Shown here: positions 7,841 to 17,296 of the stretch, in pieces
Layout: every line of letters starts with the position of its first letter
Numbering within the stretch: the stretch's first letter is position 1
DNA from: Candidatus Dormibacteraceae bacterium
GTDB lineage: Bacteria; Chloroflexota; Dormibacteria; Dormibacterales; Dormibacteraceae
Assembly: GCA_050734915.1 (NCBI GenBank)
Contig: JBOHUX010000001.1
Location: forward strand, 1-47,243
DNA length: 47,243 nucleotides
Reading direction: 5' to 3'
Made by a program: the position numbers and the translations under genes
The notes under the pieces: model-generated
Databases searched by the model: none
The model's input: only the letters and a program-made list of their open reading frames with translations
Told to the model about the DNA's origin: nothing

Positions 7841-10035
7841 GACGCCTCCCGGGCGACCGTGGTTACGTCACGGACCTGCTCCATCTTCTCCATCAGCCGC
7901 GAGAGCTGGGAGAGCGAGTCGATCTCCACCGTGCAGGACACGACCGCCGACTTGTCGTCGTAGACGTGGACCTCGCAGGCGGACATGTTGACCTTGTTCT
8001 CGGCCACCACGGTGGCGATGTCCCGGAGGAGGCCGGTCCGGTCCCAGGCCTCGATCTTGATCCCGACCGGGTAGAGATGGATCCCGTCGGCGTCCCAGTC
8101 GACGGGCACGATCCGGGCCTGGTCCTGCGGATTGAGGGCGTTGACGCAGTCCGCCCGGTGGACGGTGACCCCGCGGCCTCGCGTCGTGTAGCCGACGATG
8201 GCGTCGCCGGGCACCGGCTGGCAGCAACTGGCCATCTTGGTGTAGAGGCCGCTGACCCCCCGGACCAGCACCCTGGCCGCCGGCTCGCCCTGCGGGATGA
8301 GCGGGATCGAGCGCAGCTCGTCGCCACCGTCGCCGGGCGCCAGCGCCATGCGCATGACGACCGAGTGAGGGGAGACGTCGCCATATCCGATCGCGGCCAG
8401 GAAGTCGTCGCCGGTCGCGTACTTGTAGGCGGCTGCCATCTCCTCCAGCTTCCCGTCGCGGAGCGCGCTCAGGGACGTCCGGTGCATGCGGCGCAGCTCC
8501 TTGTCCAGCATGTCCCTGCCCTTGGTGATGTTCTCCTCGCGGCGCTGGCTCTTGAACCACTTGCGGATCCGCTCGCGGGCGGAGGCGCTCTTCACGAAGC
8601 CGAGCCAGTCCCGGCTGGGCCCGTGGGGACCCTTGGAGTTGAGGATCTCGACGATCTCGCCGTTCTTGAGCTCGTACTCGAGGGAGACCATGCGGCCGTT
8701 CACCTTGGCGCCGATGCACCGGTGCCCGACCTCGGTGTGGATCCGGTAGGCGAAGTCCACGGGGGTGGATCCGGCCGGGAGGTTCAAGACGTCGCCCTTG
8801 GGAGAGAAGACGAAGACCTCGTCCTGGAAGATGTCCACCTTGACCGCGTCCACGAACGACTCCGCGTCGAGCACCTCCTTCTGCCACTCCATGAGTAGGC
8901 GCAGCCAGGAGAACTTCTCGTCGAAGCGCGCCAGGCCCTCCCCGTCGCTCTCCTTGTAGGTCCAGTGGGCGGCGACCCCGTACTCGGCGACCCGGTGCAT
9001 CTCCTCGGTCCGGATCTGGATCTCCATCGGCTCCCCGCCCTGCGAGATGACGGTCGTGTGGAGCGACTGGTAGCCGTTCGACTTGGGCATCGCGATGTAG
9101 TCCTTGAACCGCCCGGGCATCGGCTTCCACAGCGAGTGGACCACCCCCAGCACTCCGTAGCAGTCCTTCACCGACGCCACCAGGACCCTCATCGCCAGCA
9201 GGTCGTAGATCTCGGAGAAGTCCTTCCGGGCCCGGAACATCTTCTGATGGATCGAGTACATGTGCTTGGGGCGGCCGCTGATCTCGGCGTCGATGCCGAT
9301 CTTCTCCAGCTCCCGGCCCAGGATCTCGCGCAGGTCCGAGACGGTGGTCTCCCGGTCCTCGCGGCGGCGGTTGATGCGGCCGACGACCTCCTGATAGGCG
9401 TCCGGCTCCAGGTTCTGAAAGGCCAGGTCCTCCAGCTCCCACTTGAGCTGCCAGATGCCGAGCCGGTGGGCCAGGGGAGCGTAGATGTCGAGGGTCTCCC
9501 GGGAGATCTTGCGCCGCTTCGCCTCCGGCAGCGGCTCCAGCGTCCGCATGTTGTGCAGCCGGTCGGCGAGCTTGATGAGGACGACCCGGATGTCGTCCGC
9601 CATCGCCAGCAGCATCTTGCGGATGTTCTCCGCCTGGTGCTGCTGCTCGTTCCTGATCGAGATCCGGCCCAGCTTGGTGACCCCCTCCACCAGCCGCGCC
9701 ACGTCGGGACCGAATTCCTCCGCCACCTCGGGCGAGGTGAGAGCGGTGTCCTCGACGGTGTCGTGCAAGAGCGCGGCCACGATCGTGGCGCCGTCCAGGT
9801 TGAGGTCGGCGAGGATCCCCGCCACCTCGAGCGGGTGGTTCACGTACTCCTCGCCCGAGAGGCGGCGCTGACCGTGGTGGGCGATCGCGGCGCGGTCGTA
9901 GGCCCGGGACACCAGCTCGCGCTCGGCCGGCCCCAGGTGCTCGGAGATGCGAAGAAGCTCGGAGATGCTCAAGTCGGGGCCCTTTCGGTTGGCTAAGTCT
10001 ATCGGCACCCGGTTTGTATACCCGCCGGCGGCCAC
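7837..10035 (-). CDS. relA: Bifunctional (p)ppGpp synthetase/hydrolase Rel (RelA/SpoT family)
   Basis: 732 aa. It contains an HD domain (AHHGQRRLSGEEYVNHPLEVA...LLHDTVEDT), a synthetase domain (PKHMYSIHQKM...YQSLHTTV), a TGS domain (VFVFSPKGDVLNLPAGSTPVDFAY) and a C-terminal ACT region. The start is GTG. Confidence 0.95.
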   Translation of the reverse strand: MAAGGYTNRVPIDLANRKGPDLSISELLRISEHLGPAERELVSRAYDRAAIAHHGQRRLSGEEYVNHPLEVAGILADLNLDGATIVAALLHDTVEDTALTSPEVAEEFGPDVARLVEGVTKLGRISIRNEQQHQAENIRKMLLAMADDIRVVLIKLADRLHNMRTLEPLPEAKRRKISRETLDIYAPLAHRLGIWQLKWELEDLAFQNLEPDAYQEVVGRINRRREDRETTVSDLREILGRELEKIGIDAEISGRPKHMYSIHQKMFRARKDFSEIYDLLAMRVLVASVKDCYGVLGVVHSLWKPMPGRFKDYIAMPKSNGYQSLHTTVISQGGEPMEIQIRTEEMHRVAEYGVAAHWTYKESDGEGLARFDEKFSWLRLLMEWQKEVLDAESFVDAVKVDIFQDEVFVFSPKGDVLNLPAGSTPVDFAYRIHTEVGHRCIGAKVNGRMVSLEYELKNGEIVEILNSKGPHGPSRDWLGFVKSASARERIRKWFKSQRREENITKGRDMLDKELRRMHRTSLSALRDGKLEEMAAAYKYATGDDFLAAIGYGDVSPHSVVMRMALAPGDGGDELRSIPLIPQGEPAARVLVRGVSGLYTKMASCCQPVPGDAIVGYTTRGRGVTVHRADCVNALNPQDQARIVPVDWDADGIHLYPVGIKIEAWDRTGLLRDIATVVAENKVNMSACEVHVYDDKSAVVSCTVEIDSLSQLSRLMEKMEQVRDVTTVAREAS

Positions 10036-10073
10036 CCCGGCATGCCGCCGGGCGCCTCTGCTATGACTGGGGC

Positions 10074-10409
10074 ATGAGACCAGTCATCATCGCCGCCGCT
10101 CTCGCCGGTGCCGCCGACACCGGACTCTTCCTGTCCCGGCGCCCGCGGCTGTTCCGGGAGCATCCCGGCCGCGCGGCCGGCGCCGTGGCCGGGCTCGGCG
10201 TCTGGCTCGGGCTCGCCGCCAGCTCCGCCCGGGACACCGACACCGCCGGGCCCCGTACCGTCGGGCTCGCCTCGCTGGCGGCCCTCGGCAGCGGCGCGCT
10301 CCTCGCCTCCCACCTCCGCCACGGCGTCGCCAATGGTCGAATCCTCGTGGGCGCGGGCCTCGCCGGGCTGGCTCTCGGCGCCGCCACGACCAGCCTCGCC
10401 AGCCGCTGA
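10074..10409 (+). CDS. Hypothetical small membrane protein
   Basis: Uses the frame of track ORF 10014..10409, with the start placed at ATG 10074. GC3 is very high in this frame. The protein is Ala/Gly/Leu-rich with several hydrophobic segments. No family recognised. Confidence 0.45.
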   Translation: MRPVIIAAALAGAADTGLFLSRRPRLFREHPGRAAGAVAGLGVWLGLAASSARDTDTAGPRTVGLASLAALGSGALLASHLRHGVANGRILVGAGLAGLALGAATTSLASR

Positions 10410-10511
10410 TCAGGACCCCATGCGCTGGTACGAGTCGGGTCGATCCTGGCCTCGTAGCCGACGCCAAGGCACACCGCCGGGCGCGCCCCGGTCGGGGAGC
10501 CGGACCGTTCG

Positions 10512-11999
10512 CTAATAGGAGCGGGCGAAGACGACAGGCGTCGTGGCCGGCATCCCGCAGACGGCGCACTCGGCCGGCAGCTCCCGGGCCGCGTCCTGGC
10601 TCCCTGCCAGCGGCATTCCGCGGGTGGTGGCGCCGGTCCGCTCCTTGACCTCCGCCTCGCAGGCGGCCGCGCCGCACCAGGACGCCCAGACGAAGCCGTT
10701 GCGCTCCCGGAAGTGGTCCACCAGATCGGCCATTCCCCGGGCTTCGAACGTGTTCTCGTCGCGGAACCGCTGGGCGCGCGCGAAGAGCTCGGCCTGGAAC
10801 CCCTCCAGCTCCCCGCGCAGGCGCTCCCCGATCGCCGCCACCGGCACCGGCTGCTTGCGGCGGCCGATCCTCTCCACCAGGATGGCCTGCGAGGCCGCCA
10901 CGTCGCGGGGTCCCACCTCCAGCCGCAGCGGCACCCCCTTCACCTCCCAGTGCGCGAACTTCTCGCCAGGGCGCTCGTCCCGCCAGTCGACGCGGTGGCG
11001 CACGCCGCTCTCGCTCAGCTCGGCGAGGACCGGCCGCAGGAACGTTTCGAGGAGCGCGCGGCTCTCCGCGTCTCGGTGGCCGATGGGGACGATCACGACC
11101 TGCACCGGCGCCACCCGGGGAGGGACGATGAGCCCGCTGTCGTCGCCGTGAGCCATGACTAGGCCGCCGATGAGCCGGGTCGAGATCCCCCAGGAGGTCG
11201 TGTGGCACAGCTCACGCCGGTTGGAGGGGTTCGTGAAGCCGACGTCGTAGGCACGGCTGAAGTTCTGTGCGAGGTTGTGTGAGGTCCCCGCCTGCAGCGC
11301 CAGGCCGTCCCTCATCAGGCCCTCGATGCTGAGCGTGTATTCGGCGCCGGCGAACTTCTCGGCCTCGCTCTTCCGGCCCCGGAGGACGGGCATGGCGAGC
11401 CAGTCCTCCGCGATCCGGCGGTAGTACTCGAGGATCAGATCGACCTCGCGCGCGGCCTCCTCAGGGCCGGCGTGGAAGGTGTGGCCCTCCTGCCAGAAGA
11501 ACTCGCGGGTGCGGAGGAAGAGGCGCGAGCGCATCTCCCAGCGCATCACGTTGCACCACTGGTTGGTGAGCAGGGGCAGATCGCGGTGCGACTGGATGTA
11601 GCGCTTGACGAGCGGCCCGATGATGGTCTCGCTGGTCGGCCGGATGACCAGCGGCTCCTCGAGCTCGGCCATTCCCGATCCGGCCCGGGTGACCCAGGCG
11701 ACTTCGGGGGCGAATCCCTCCACGTGGTCGGCCTCCTTGGTGAAGAGGCTGCGCGGGATGAGCAGGGGGAAGGCCCAGTTCTCGTGTCCGCTCGACTTGA
11801 TCATCTCGTCGAAGGCGCGCTGGATGGTCTCCCAGATCGCGTAGCCGTAGGGCCGGATCACCATCATGCCCCGGATGCCGCTCCAGTCGGCCATCTCCGC
11901 CTTGCGGACCACATCCGTATACCAGCGGTCGAAATCCACCGACATCTTGGTGATCTCTTTGACGAAGTCCTGCCGCTCCTCATCCGCTGGTTCGGCCAT
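10512..11999 (-). CDS. proS: Proline--tRNA ligase, archaeal/eukaryotic-like type (no editing insertion, C-terminal Zn-binding domain ending in Tyr)
   Basis: 495 aa. Diagnostic stretches are FDRWYTDVVRKAEMADWSGIRGMMVIRPYGYAIWE, RTREFFWQEGHT and SWGISTRLIGGLVMAHGDDSGL. The C-terminus is ...CAVCGMPATTPVVFARSY. Confidence 0.9.
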   Translation of the reverse strand: MAEPADEERQDFVKEITKMSVDFDRWYTDVVRKAEMADWSGIRGMMVIRPYGYAIWETIQRAFDEMIKSSGHENWAFPLLIPRSLFTKEADHVEGFAPEVAWVTRAGSGMAELEEPLVIRPTSETIIGPLVKRYIQSHRDLPLLTNQWCNVMRWEMRSRLFLRTREFFWQEGHTFHAGPEEAAREVDLILEYYRRIAEDWLAMPVLRGRKSEAEKFAGAEYTLSIEGLMRDGLALQAGTSHNLAQNFSRAYDVGFTNPSNRRELCHTTSWGISTRLIGGLVMAHGDDSGLIVPPRVAPVQVVIVPIGHRDAESRALLETFLRPVLAELSESGVRHRVDWRDERPGEKFAHWEVKGVPLRLEVGPRDVAASQAILVERIGRRKQPVPVAAIGERLRGELEGFQAELFARAQRFRDENTFEARGMADLVDHFRERNGFVWASWCGAAACEAEVKERTGATTRGMPLAGSQDAARELPAECAVCGMPATTPVVFARSY

Positions 12000-12164
12000 C
12001 GCGATCCGATTATCCCGGAATCGCGATGAGGCGCCCGGCTATGGGAACGGGGCCTCCACATTCGCGCGGGCACACCCGCGGGCGACCGCGATTGGTTACT
12101 GTAGGAGAAGTATTCGGACGGCTTCAGCGGGGAGGTTCCGGAGACGGTCGCGAGCGCGGTCGAG

Positions 12165-13202
12165 GTGGCCATGGTGACGCGGGGGAGGCAGGAGGCGCCG
12201 GTGCCGATCGCCCTCCGGCGCCATGCCGCGCTCATCGAAGCCGAGCTGCGGCGTTCGGTGAAGCCCGTGCGGGGCCTGCTGGGTCGCATGTCCCGGTACC
12301 ACATGGCCTGGGTCGACGGCGCCGGCCACCCGATCTCCGCCCCGGCCGGCAAGCTGCTCCGGCCGGCGCTCTGCCTGTGGGCCTGCGAGGCGGCCGGAGG
12401 GGAGGCGGCGGCGGCGCTCGGGGTGGCCGCCTCGATCGAGTGGTTGCACAACTTCACGCTCGTCCACGACGACATCCAGGATGGCGACGTTCTGCGCCGC
12501 CACCGTCCGACCGTGTGGTCGCTCTTCGGTGGCGCCCAGGCCATCAACGCCGGCGACGGGCTCTTCGCGCTCGCCTTCGTGAATCTGCTCCGGGGCGGCC
12601 CCGGCGGGACACACCGCCGCCGGGCGGCGGCGGTGATCTCGGATGCGATCCTGGAGGTCGTCGAGGGCCAGTGCCTGGACCTGGCCCTGCAGGGGCACCC
12701 CGAGACCTCGCCCCGGACCTACCTGCGCCTGGCTGGGTCCAAGACCGGGGCGCTGATCGGGGCCAGCCTGGAGGCGGGCGCCGTCATGGCCGGGGCGGCG
12801 CCCCCCCTGACCCGCTCCTTGAGGCGCGCCGGCCGCCTCCTCGGCACCGCCTTCCAGGTCCGGGACGACTGGCTCGGCATCTGGGGGAACCCGGCCCTGA
12901 CCGGCAAGTCCGCGCGCTCCGATCTCGCCCGCCGCAAGACCAGCTACCCGGTGGTGGCCGCCTATGACGCCGCTTCCCCCGCCCAGCGCCGGCGGTTGAA
13001 GGCGCTCTTCCTGGACCCCGACCCCGGATGCGAGCCCGAGATTGGCGAGCTGCTCCAGGACCTGGGTGGACCCGCGCTGACCGGGGACGTGCCGGACAAC
13101 CTGGCGCTCGAGGCTCGCGCGCTCCTGGAACGGCACCTTCCCGCCGAGCGCCTGGCGGAATACGACGAGGTTGCCGGCTACCTGATCAGGAGGAGCGGTT
13201 GA
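12165..13202 (+). CDS. Polyprenyl diphosphate synthase (short-chain FPP/GGPP type likely)
   Basis: 345 aa. The first Asp-rich motif is LHNFTLVHDDIQDGDVLRRHRPTVW and the second is GTAFQVRDDWLGIWG. An aromatic residue (F) lies five positions before the first DDxxD. This is the first gene of the hopanoid string. Confidence 0.85.
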   Translation: MAMVTRGRQEAPVPIALRRHAALIEAELRRSVKPVRGLLGRMSRYHMAWVDGAGHPISAPAGKLLRPALCLWACEAAGGEAAAALGVAASIEWLHNFTLVHDDIQDGDVLRRHRPTVWSLFGGAQAINAGDGLFALAFVNLLRGGPGGTHRRRAAAVISDAILEVVEGQCLDLALQGHPETSPRTYLRLAGSKTGALIGASLEAGAVMAGAAPPLTRSLRRAGRLLGTAFQVRDDWLGIWGNPALTGKSARSDLARRKTSYPVVAAYDAASPAQRRRLKALFLDPDPGCEPEIGELLQDLGGPALTGDVPDNLALEARALLERHLPAERLAEYDEVAGYLIRRSG

Positions 13203-14308
13203 CAGATCCCAGCGGCGACGGGACCAGGCCCACGACCGCCGGCCGGAAGACGGACCACATCCGCATCAACCTGGAGGAGGACGTCGCCGCCAAGGGCGTG
13301 GGATCCGGCTTCGATTCCTACCGCTTCCTCCACCGCGCCCTGCCTGAGATCGACCTCGCCCAGGTGGCGATCGGCACCCGGATCTTCGGCCGGCCCCTGG
13401 GGGGACCGCTCTTCATCTCCTGCATGACCGGAGGGGTGCCCGAGGCGGGCAGGATCAACCGCGTCCTGGCCGAGGTCGCCCAGGAGCTCCGGCTGCCGCT
13501 CGGGCTGGGCTCCGGCCGCGTCCAGCTCGAGCACCGCGAGATGCTGCCGGGATTCGACGTGAGACCGATCGCCCCGGACGTGCCCATCTTCGCGAACCTG
13601 GGCGCCGTGCAGCTCAACCGGGGCGTCGGAGTGGACCAGTGCCGCCGGCTCCTGGAGAGGACCGGCGCCGACGCGCTCGTCCTGCACCTCAACGCCCTCC
13701 AGGAGGCACTCCAGATCGAGGGCGACACCTGCTTCTCGGGTCTGCTCGGCCGGATCGAGGAGCTCTGCCGGCGGCTCGAGGCTCCCGTCATCGTCAAGGA
13801 GGTCGGCTGGGGGATCGCGCCCGACGTGGCGGTCGCGCTCCTCGACGCCGGCGTCACCGCGATCGACGTGGCGGGCGCGGGCGGGACCTCCTGGAGTGAG
13901 GTTGAGCGTCACCGGCTCCAGGATCCCCACCGGGCGGCGGTGGCGGGGGCCTTCGCCGGCTGGGGCATCCCCACCACGGACGCGGTGCGGATGGTGCGAG
14001 CCGCCGCCCCCGGCGCGCTCATCTTCGCCAGCGGGGGCATCCGGCATGGCCTCGACGCCGCCAAGGGTCTCGCGCTGGGGGCGGACCTGGTCGGGATGGC
14101 GGGGCCGTTCCTGCGCGCCGCCGCCCGCGGACCCGAAGACGCCCTCGGGCTCGGACGCGAGGTGCTGGACGTGCTGCGAACGGCCATGTTCTGCCTCGGC
14201 TGTCGCGATCTGGACGCGCTCCGCGCCCTGCCACGCCTGGTCGGGCCGGGCGGTGTCCCGGTCGAGCCCGCGCCCAGAACCTGGCCGAGCCCCCAGGTGC
14301 CGGCGTGA
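13199..14308 (+). CDS. fni: Isopentenyl-diphosphate delta-isomerase, type 2 (FMN-dependent)
   Basis: Uses the frame of track ORF 13028..14308. I place the start at TTG 13199, with GGAGGAG upstream and a TTGA overlap with the preceding stop. Motifs seen are RKTDHIRINLEEDV, PLFISCMTGG, NLGAVQL, VIVKEVGWGI and VAGAGGTSWSEVE. Confidence 0.85.
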   Translation: MTDPSGDGTRPTTAGRKTDHIRINLEEDVAAKGVGSGFDSYRFLHRALPEIDLAQVAIGTRIFGRPLGGPLFISCMTGGVPEAGRINRVLAEVAQELRLPLGLGSGRVQLEHREMLPGFDVRPIAPDVPIFANLGAVQLNRGVGVDQCRRLLERTGADALVLHLNALQEALQIEGDTCFSGLLGRIEELCRRLEAPVIVKEVGWGIAPDVAVALLDAGVTAIDVAGAGGTSWSEVERHRLQDPHRAAVAGAFAGWGIPTTDAVRMVRAAAPGALIFASGGIRHGLDAAKGLALGADLVGMAGPFLRAAARGPEDALGLGREVLDVLRTAMFCLGCRDLDALRALPRLVGPGGVPVEPAPRTWPSPQVPA

Positions 14309-15168
14309 GCTCATCGTCGGAGCTGGCCGCCGCCGACTCCTACTGCCAGGCGCTCGCCACCCGCCACTACGAGAACTTCTGGGTCGCGGCCCGGTTCCTG
14401 CCCGGCGCCACGCGGCTTCACCTGGCCCGCGTCTACGCCTACTGCCGGACTACCGACGATCTCGGCGACGAGAGCGGCGCGATGGGCACAGAGCGTCTGG
14501 GCCGCTGGCGGAGCGCGGTCCTCGACCTCCTCGACGGCCGCCCCCCCATCCATCCCGTCCTGATCGCGCTGCGCCCGACCCTGGCCCGGTTCGGGATCCC
14601 CGGCGACCCGCTCCTGCACCTGATCGAGGCCAACCTGCGGGACCAGACCGTCGCCGCGTACGGGAGCTGGGAGGAGCTCCGGAGCTACTGCATGCTCTCG
14701 GCGGCTCCCGTCGGCCGGATGGTGCTGCGCATCTTCGAGGCGAGCTCGCCGCGCGCCGAGCGGCTCTCGGACGACGTCTGCATCGGGCTCCAGCTCGCCA
14801 ATTTCGCCCAGGACGTGTCCGTGGACGCGCTCAAGGGCCGCTGCTACCTCCTCCAGCCAGAGCTGAGCGGGCGGGGCACCGCGGGGGCCACCGAGCTGCT
14901 CTGCGACCGCGCCGCGCTCCTGCTCGAGAGCGGCCGTGAGCTGGAGACGATGGTGCCGGGCCGCCTCCGCGTCCAGGTCGCCCTCTACCGCCTCGGCGGC
15001 GGGGCGGTCCTCGACGCCATCCGGGCGGCCGGCTACCGGACCGACCGGGTCCGCCCGCGGGTCGGCGCGGCCGCCAAGATCCGCCTGCTGCCGGAAGCGC
15101 TCCGCGGCGCCCGGACCGGCCCGCCGGTCGAGCCGGGGGCGCCGGCCCTGCGGGAAGAGGTCCGGTGA
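14305..15168 (+). CDS. hpnC: Hydroxysqualene synthase HpnC (squalene/phytoene synthase family)
   Basis: 287 aa with a GTG start in a GTGA overlap. Motifs seen are HYENFWVAARFLP, YAYCRTTDDLGDE and LQLANFAQDVSVDALKGRCYL. The hpnC-hpnD-hpnE-shc gene order is present. Confidence 0.85.
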   Translation: MSSSSELAAADSYCQALATRHYENFWVAARFLPGATRLHLARVYAYCRTTDDLGDESGAMGTERLGRWRSAVLDLLDGRPPIHPVLIALRPTLARFGIPGDPLLHLIEANLRDQTVAAYGSWEELRSYCMLSAAPVGRMVLRIFEASSPRAERLSDDVCIGLQLANFAQDVSVDALKGRCYLLQPELSGRGTAGATELLCDRAALLLESGRELETMVPGRLRVQVALYRLGGGAVLDAIRAAGYRTDRVRPRVGAAAKIRLLPEALRGARTGPPVEPGAPALREEVR

Positions 15169-16025
15169 GCGAGGCCGCCCTCCAGCTCGACTACCGTGCC
15201 TCGGAGTCCTACTGCCGGGAGATGGCGCGCCGGGAGGCGGCCAACTTCTACTGGGGCTTCATCGCGCTCCCCCGCGACCGGCGGGTCGCCATCTACGCCC
15301 TCTATGACTTCGCCCGACAGGTGGACGATGACGCCGACCGGGCCGGCGCCACCCACCCGGTCCCTCTCGACGGGCACCGCGAGAGGCTCCGGCGATGCCT
15401 GGCGGGCGACTACGCGGACCCCGTCATGCTGGTCCTCGGCCGCACCATCCACCGCTACGGACTCCCGCTCCAGGAGCTGGAGGCGGTCGTCCGCGGTGTC
15501 GAGATGGACCTCGAGCGCAACCGCTACCAGACCTGGGCGGAGCTGGAGACGTACTGCAGCCTCGTGGCGTCCGCGGTGGGCCGGATGTGCGTTCGCATCT
15601 TCGGGTTCAGCGATGCCTCCGCTCTCGACCATGCCTACGATCTCGGCCTCGCTCTGCAGCTGACCAACATCCTCCGCGACGTCAAGGAGGACGCCGCGAT
15701 GGGCAGGATCTACCTGCCGCTCGAGGATCTGGCCCGGTTCGGGATCGCGGAGCGCGAGCTGCTCGAGGGCCGCCCCGGTGGGGGCTGGGAACCACTGGTG
15801 CGCTTCCAGGCCGCGCGGGCGCGGGCGCTCTTCGAGTCCGGCCTCAAGGTGACCGCGCTCATCCCCACCCCCGCACGGGTGTGCGTACGGACCATGGCCG
15901 GGATCTACCAGCGGCTTCTGGAGCAGATCGAGGATGACCCCCGCCTACCCCTCGCGCGGCGGGCCTCCCTCTCCAAGGCGGCCAAGCTCAAGGTGATGCT
16001 GAGGTCTTGGGCCGAGGCCGTGTAG
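15165..16025 (+). CDS. hpnD: Presqualene diphosphate synthase HpnD
   Basis: 286 aa with a GTG start in a GTGA overlap. Motifs seen are ANFYWGFIALPRDRRVAIYALYDFARQVDDDAD and LQLTNILRDVKEDAAMGRIYLP. Confidence 0.85.
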   Translation: MSEAALQLDYRASESYCREMARREAANFYWGFIALPRDRRVAIYALYDFARQVDDDADRAGATHPVPLDGHRERLRRCLAGDYADPVMLVLGRTIHRYGLPLQELEAVVRGVEMDLERNRYQTWAELETYCSLVASAVGRMCVRIFGFSDASALDHAYDLGLALQLTNILRDVKEDAAMGRIYLPLEDLARFGIAERELLEGRPGGGWEPLVRFQAARARALFESGLKVTALIPTPARVCVRTMAGIYQRLLEQIEDDPRLPLARRASLSKAAKLKVMLRSWAEAV

Positions 16026-17296
16026 CGGTCGTGGGCGCCGGGCTCGCGGGGCTCGCCGCGGCGACCGAGCTGGGGCGGGAGGGGTTCGCGGTCGATCTGT
16101 TCGAACGCGGGCGCCTGCTGGGCGGCAAGGCCACCTCACTGATCGTGGACGGTGTCGAGGTGGACAACGGCCAGCACGTCTACCTCGGCTGCTGCACTGA
16201 GTTCATCGACTTCGTCGAGAGCCTCGGCATGGGCGACACGCTGCACACGCAGGAGCGCTTCGAAGCGCTCGTCTTCGCCCGCGGCCGGGCGCCCTCGCGG
16301 CTCGCCGCCGGATCGCTGCCGGCGCCCTGGCACCTCATGCTCTCCTTCGCCCGCTACCGGCACCTGGGCTGGGCCGGCAAGCTCCAGGTCGCGCGCGCCC
16401 TCGCCGGCGCCGGCCCGGGGGCGGCCGGCTCGGGCAGCTTCGCCGCCTGGCTGGCGGAGCGGGGCCAGGGGGAGGCGGCCCGCCGCGGCTTCTGGGATCC
16501 CTTCTTCGTCCCCGCCCTCAATGCCCCACTCGACGAGGTGTCGGCGGAGGCGGGGCTGTTCGTGCTCAGAACGGCATTCCTGGCCGACGCGCGCGCCGCC
16601 TGCTTCGGCTATTCGAAGGTGCCGCTGGCGAGAGTCGCCGAGGCGGCGGCGGGGCGGCTCCACGCCGTGCACCTCCGCACCGCGGTGACCGGCCTCTGGC
16701 CGGGAGCCGGCGAGGTCCGCGGGGTCGAGCTCAAAGACGGGTCCCGGTTGCCCTTCGAGGGCGTGGTGCTGGCCGTCCCGCCCTCCCGGCTGGCACGCCT
16801 GCTCGGGCAGCCGGCCGCCTACGGTGTCTTTGGACTGGAGAGGTTCACCAGCCAGCCGATCGTGGACGTCCATCTCTGGTACGAGGGGGCGGGGCCGGCC
16901 TTCGACTTCGCCGCCATCCTCGAGTCCCCGGTCCAGTGGGTGTTCGTCAAGGGGCCCGGCTACCTCGTCTGCAGCCTCAGCGCCGCCGCCGATGAGGTCG
17001 GCAGACCGGCGGCCGACCTGATCGCGCTCAGCGACCGCGAGCTCCGCGCCGCCATCCCGGCACTCGGCGCCGCCCGGCTCCTCCGGGGCGCCGCCACCAG
17101 GGACCCGGAGGCGACCTTCGTGTCCGCCCCCGGCCTCCGCCGCCCGGGAACGGCGACGAGCGCGCCCAACCTCACCCTGGCCGGCGCCTGGACCGACACC
17201 GGCTGGCCGGCGACCATGGAGTCGGCGGTGCGCAGCGGCCGCTCGGCGGCGAGGCTGCTGGCGGACGCCGTCGCGCCGGAGGTGACGGTTGCCTGA
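16007..17296 (+). CDS. hpnE: Hydroxysqualene dehydroxylase HpnE (FAD-dependent amine-oxidase fold)
   Basis: 429 aa. The N-terminal dinucleotide fold is VAVVGAGLAGLAAATELGREGFAVDLFERGRLLGGKA. A TTG start at 16007 preserves the first beta strand and overlaps hpnD by 19 nt. Confidence 0.8.
   Translation: MGRGRVAVVGAGLAGLAAATELGREGFAVDLFERGRLLGGKATSLIVDGVEVDNGQHVYLGCCTEFIDFVESLGMGDTLHTQERFEALVFARGRAPSRLAAGSLPAPWHLMLSFARYRHLGWAGKLQVARALAGAGPGAAGSGSFAAWLAERGQGEAARRGFWDPFFVPALNAPLDEVSAEAGLFVLRTAFLADARAACFGYSKVPLARVAEAAAGRLHAVHLRTAVTGLWPGAGEVRGVELKDGSRLPFEGVVLAVPPSRLARLLGQPAAYGVFGLERFTSQPIVDVHLWYEGAGPAFDFAAILESPVQWVFVKGPGYLVCSLSAAADEVGRPAADLIALSDRELRAAIPALGAARLLRGAATRDPEATFVSAPGLRRPGTATSAPNLTLAGAWTDTGWPATMESAVRSGRSAARLLADAVAPEVTVA

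Noticed and set aside
13028-13198. Long N-terminal extensions in the track for fni. The same occurs for hpnA (22565), hpnG (23029), marR (25221), cdsA (29460), pyrH (31684), tsf (32909), the MBL gene (39590), rplS (42373), the KH protein (43852) and the SLT protein (45438).
   Set aside because: The extensions overlap the preceding gene in another frame and are Arg/Pro-rich. Conserved N-termini and ribosome-binding sites point to the internal starts given in the feature list.
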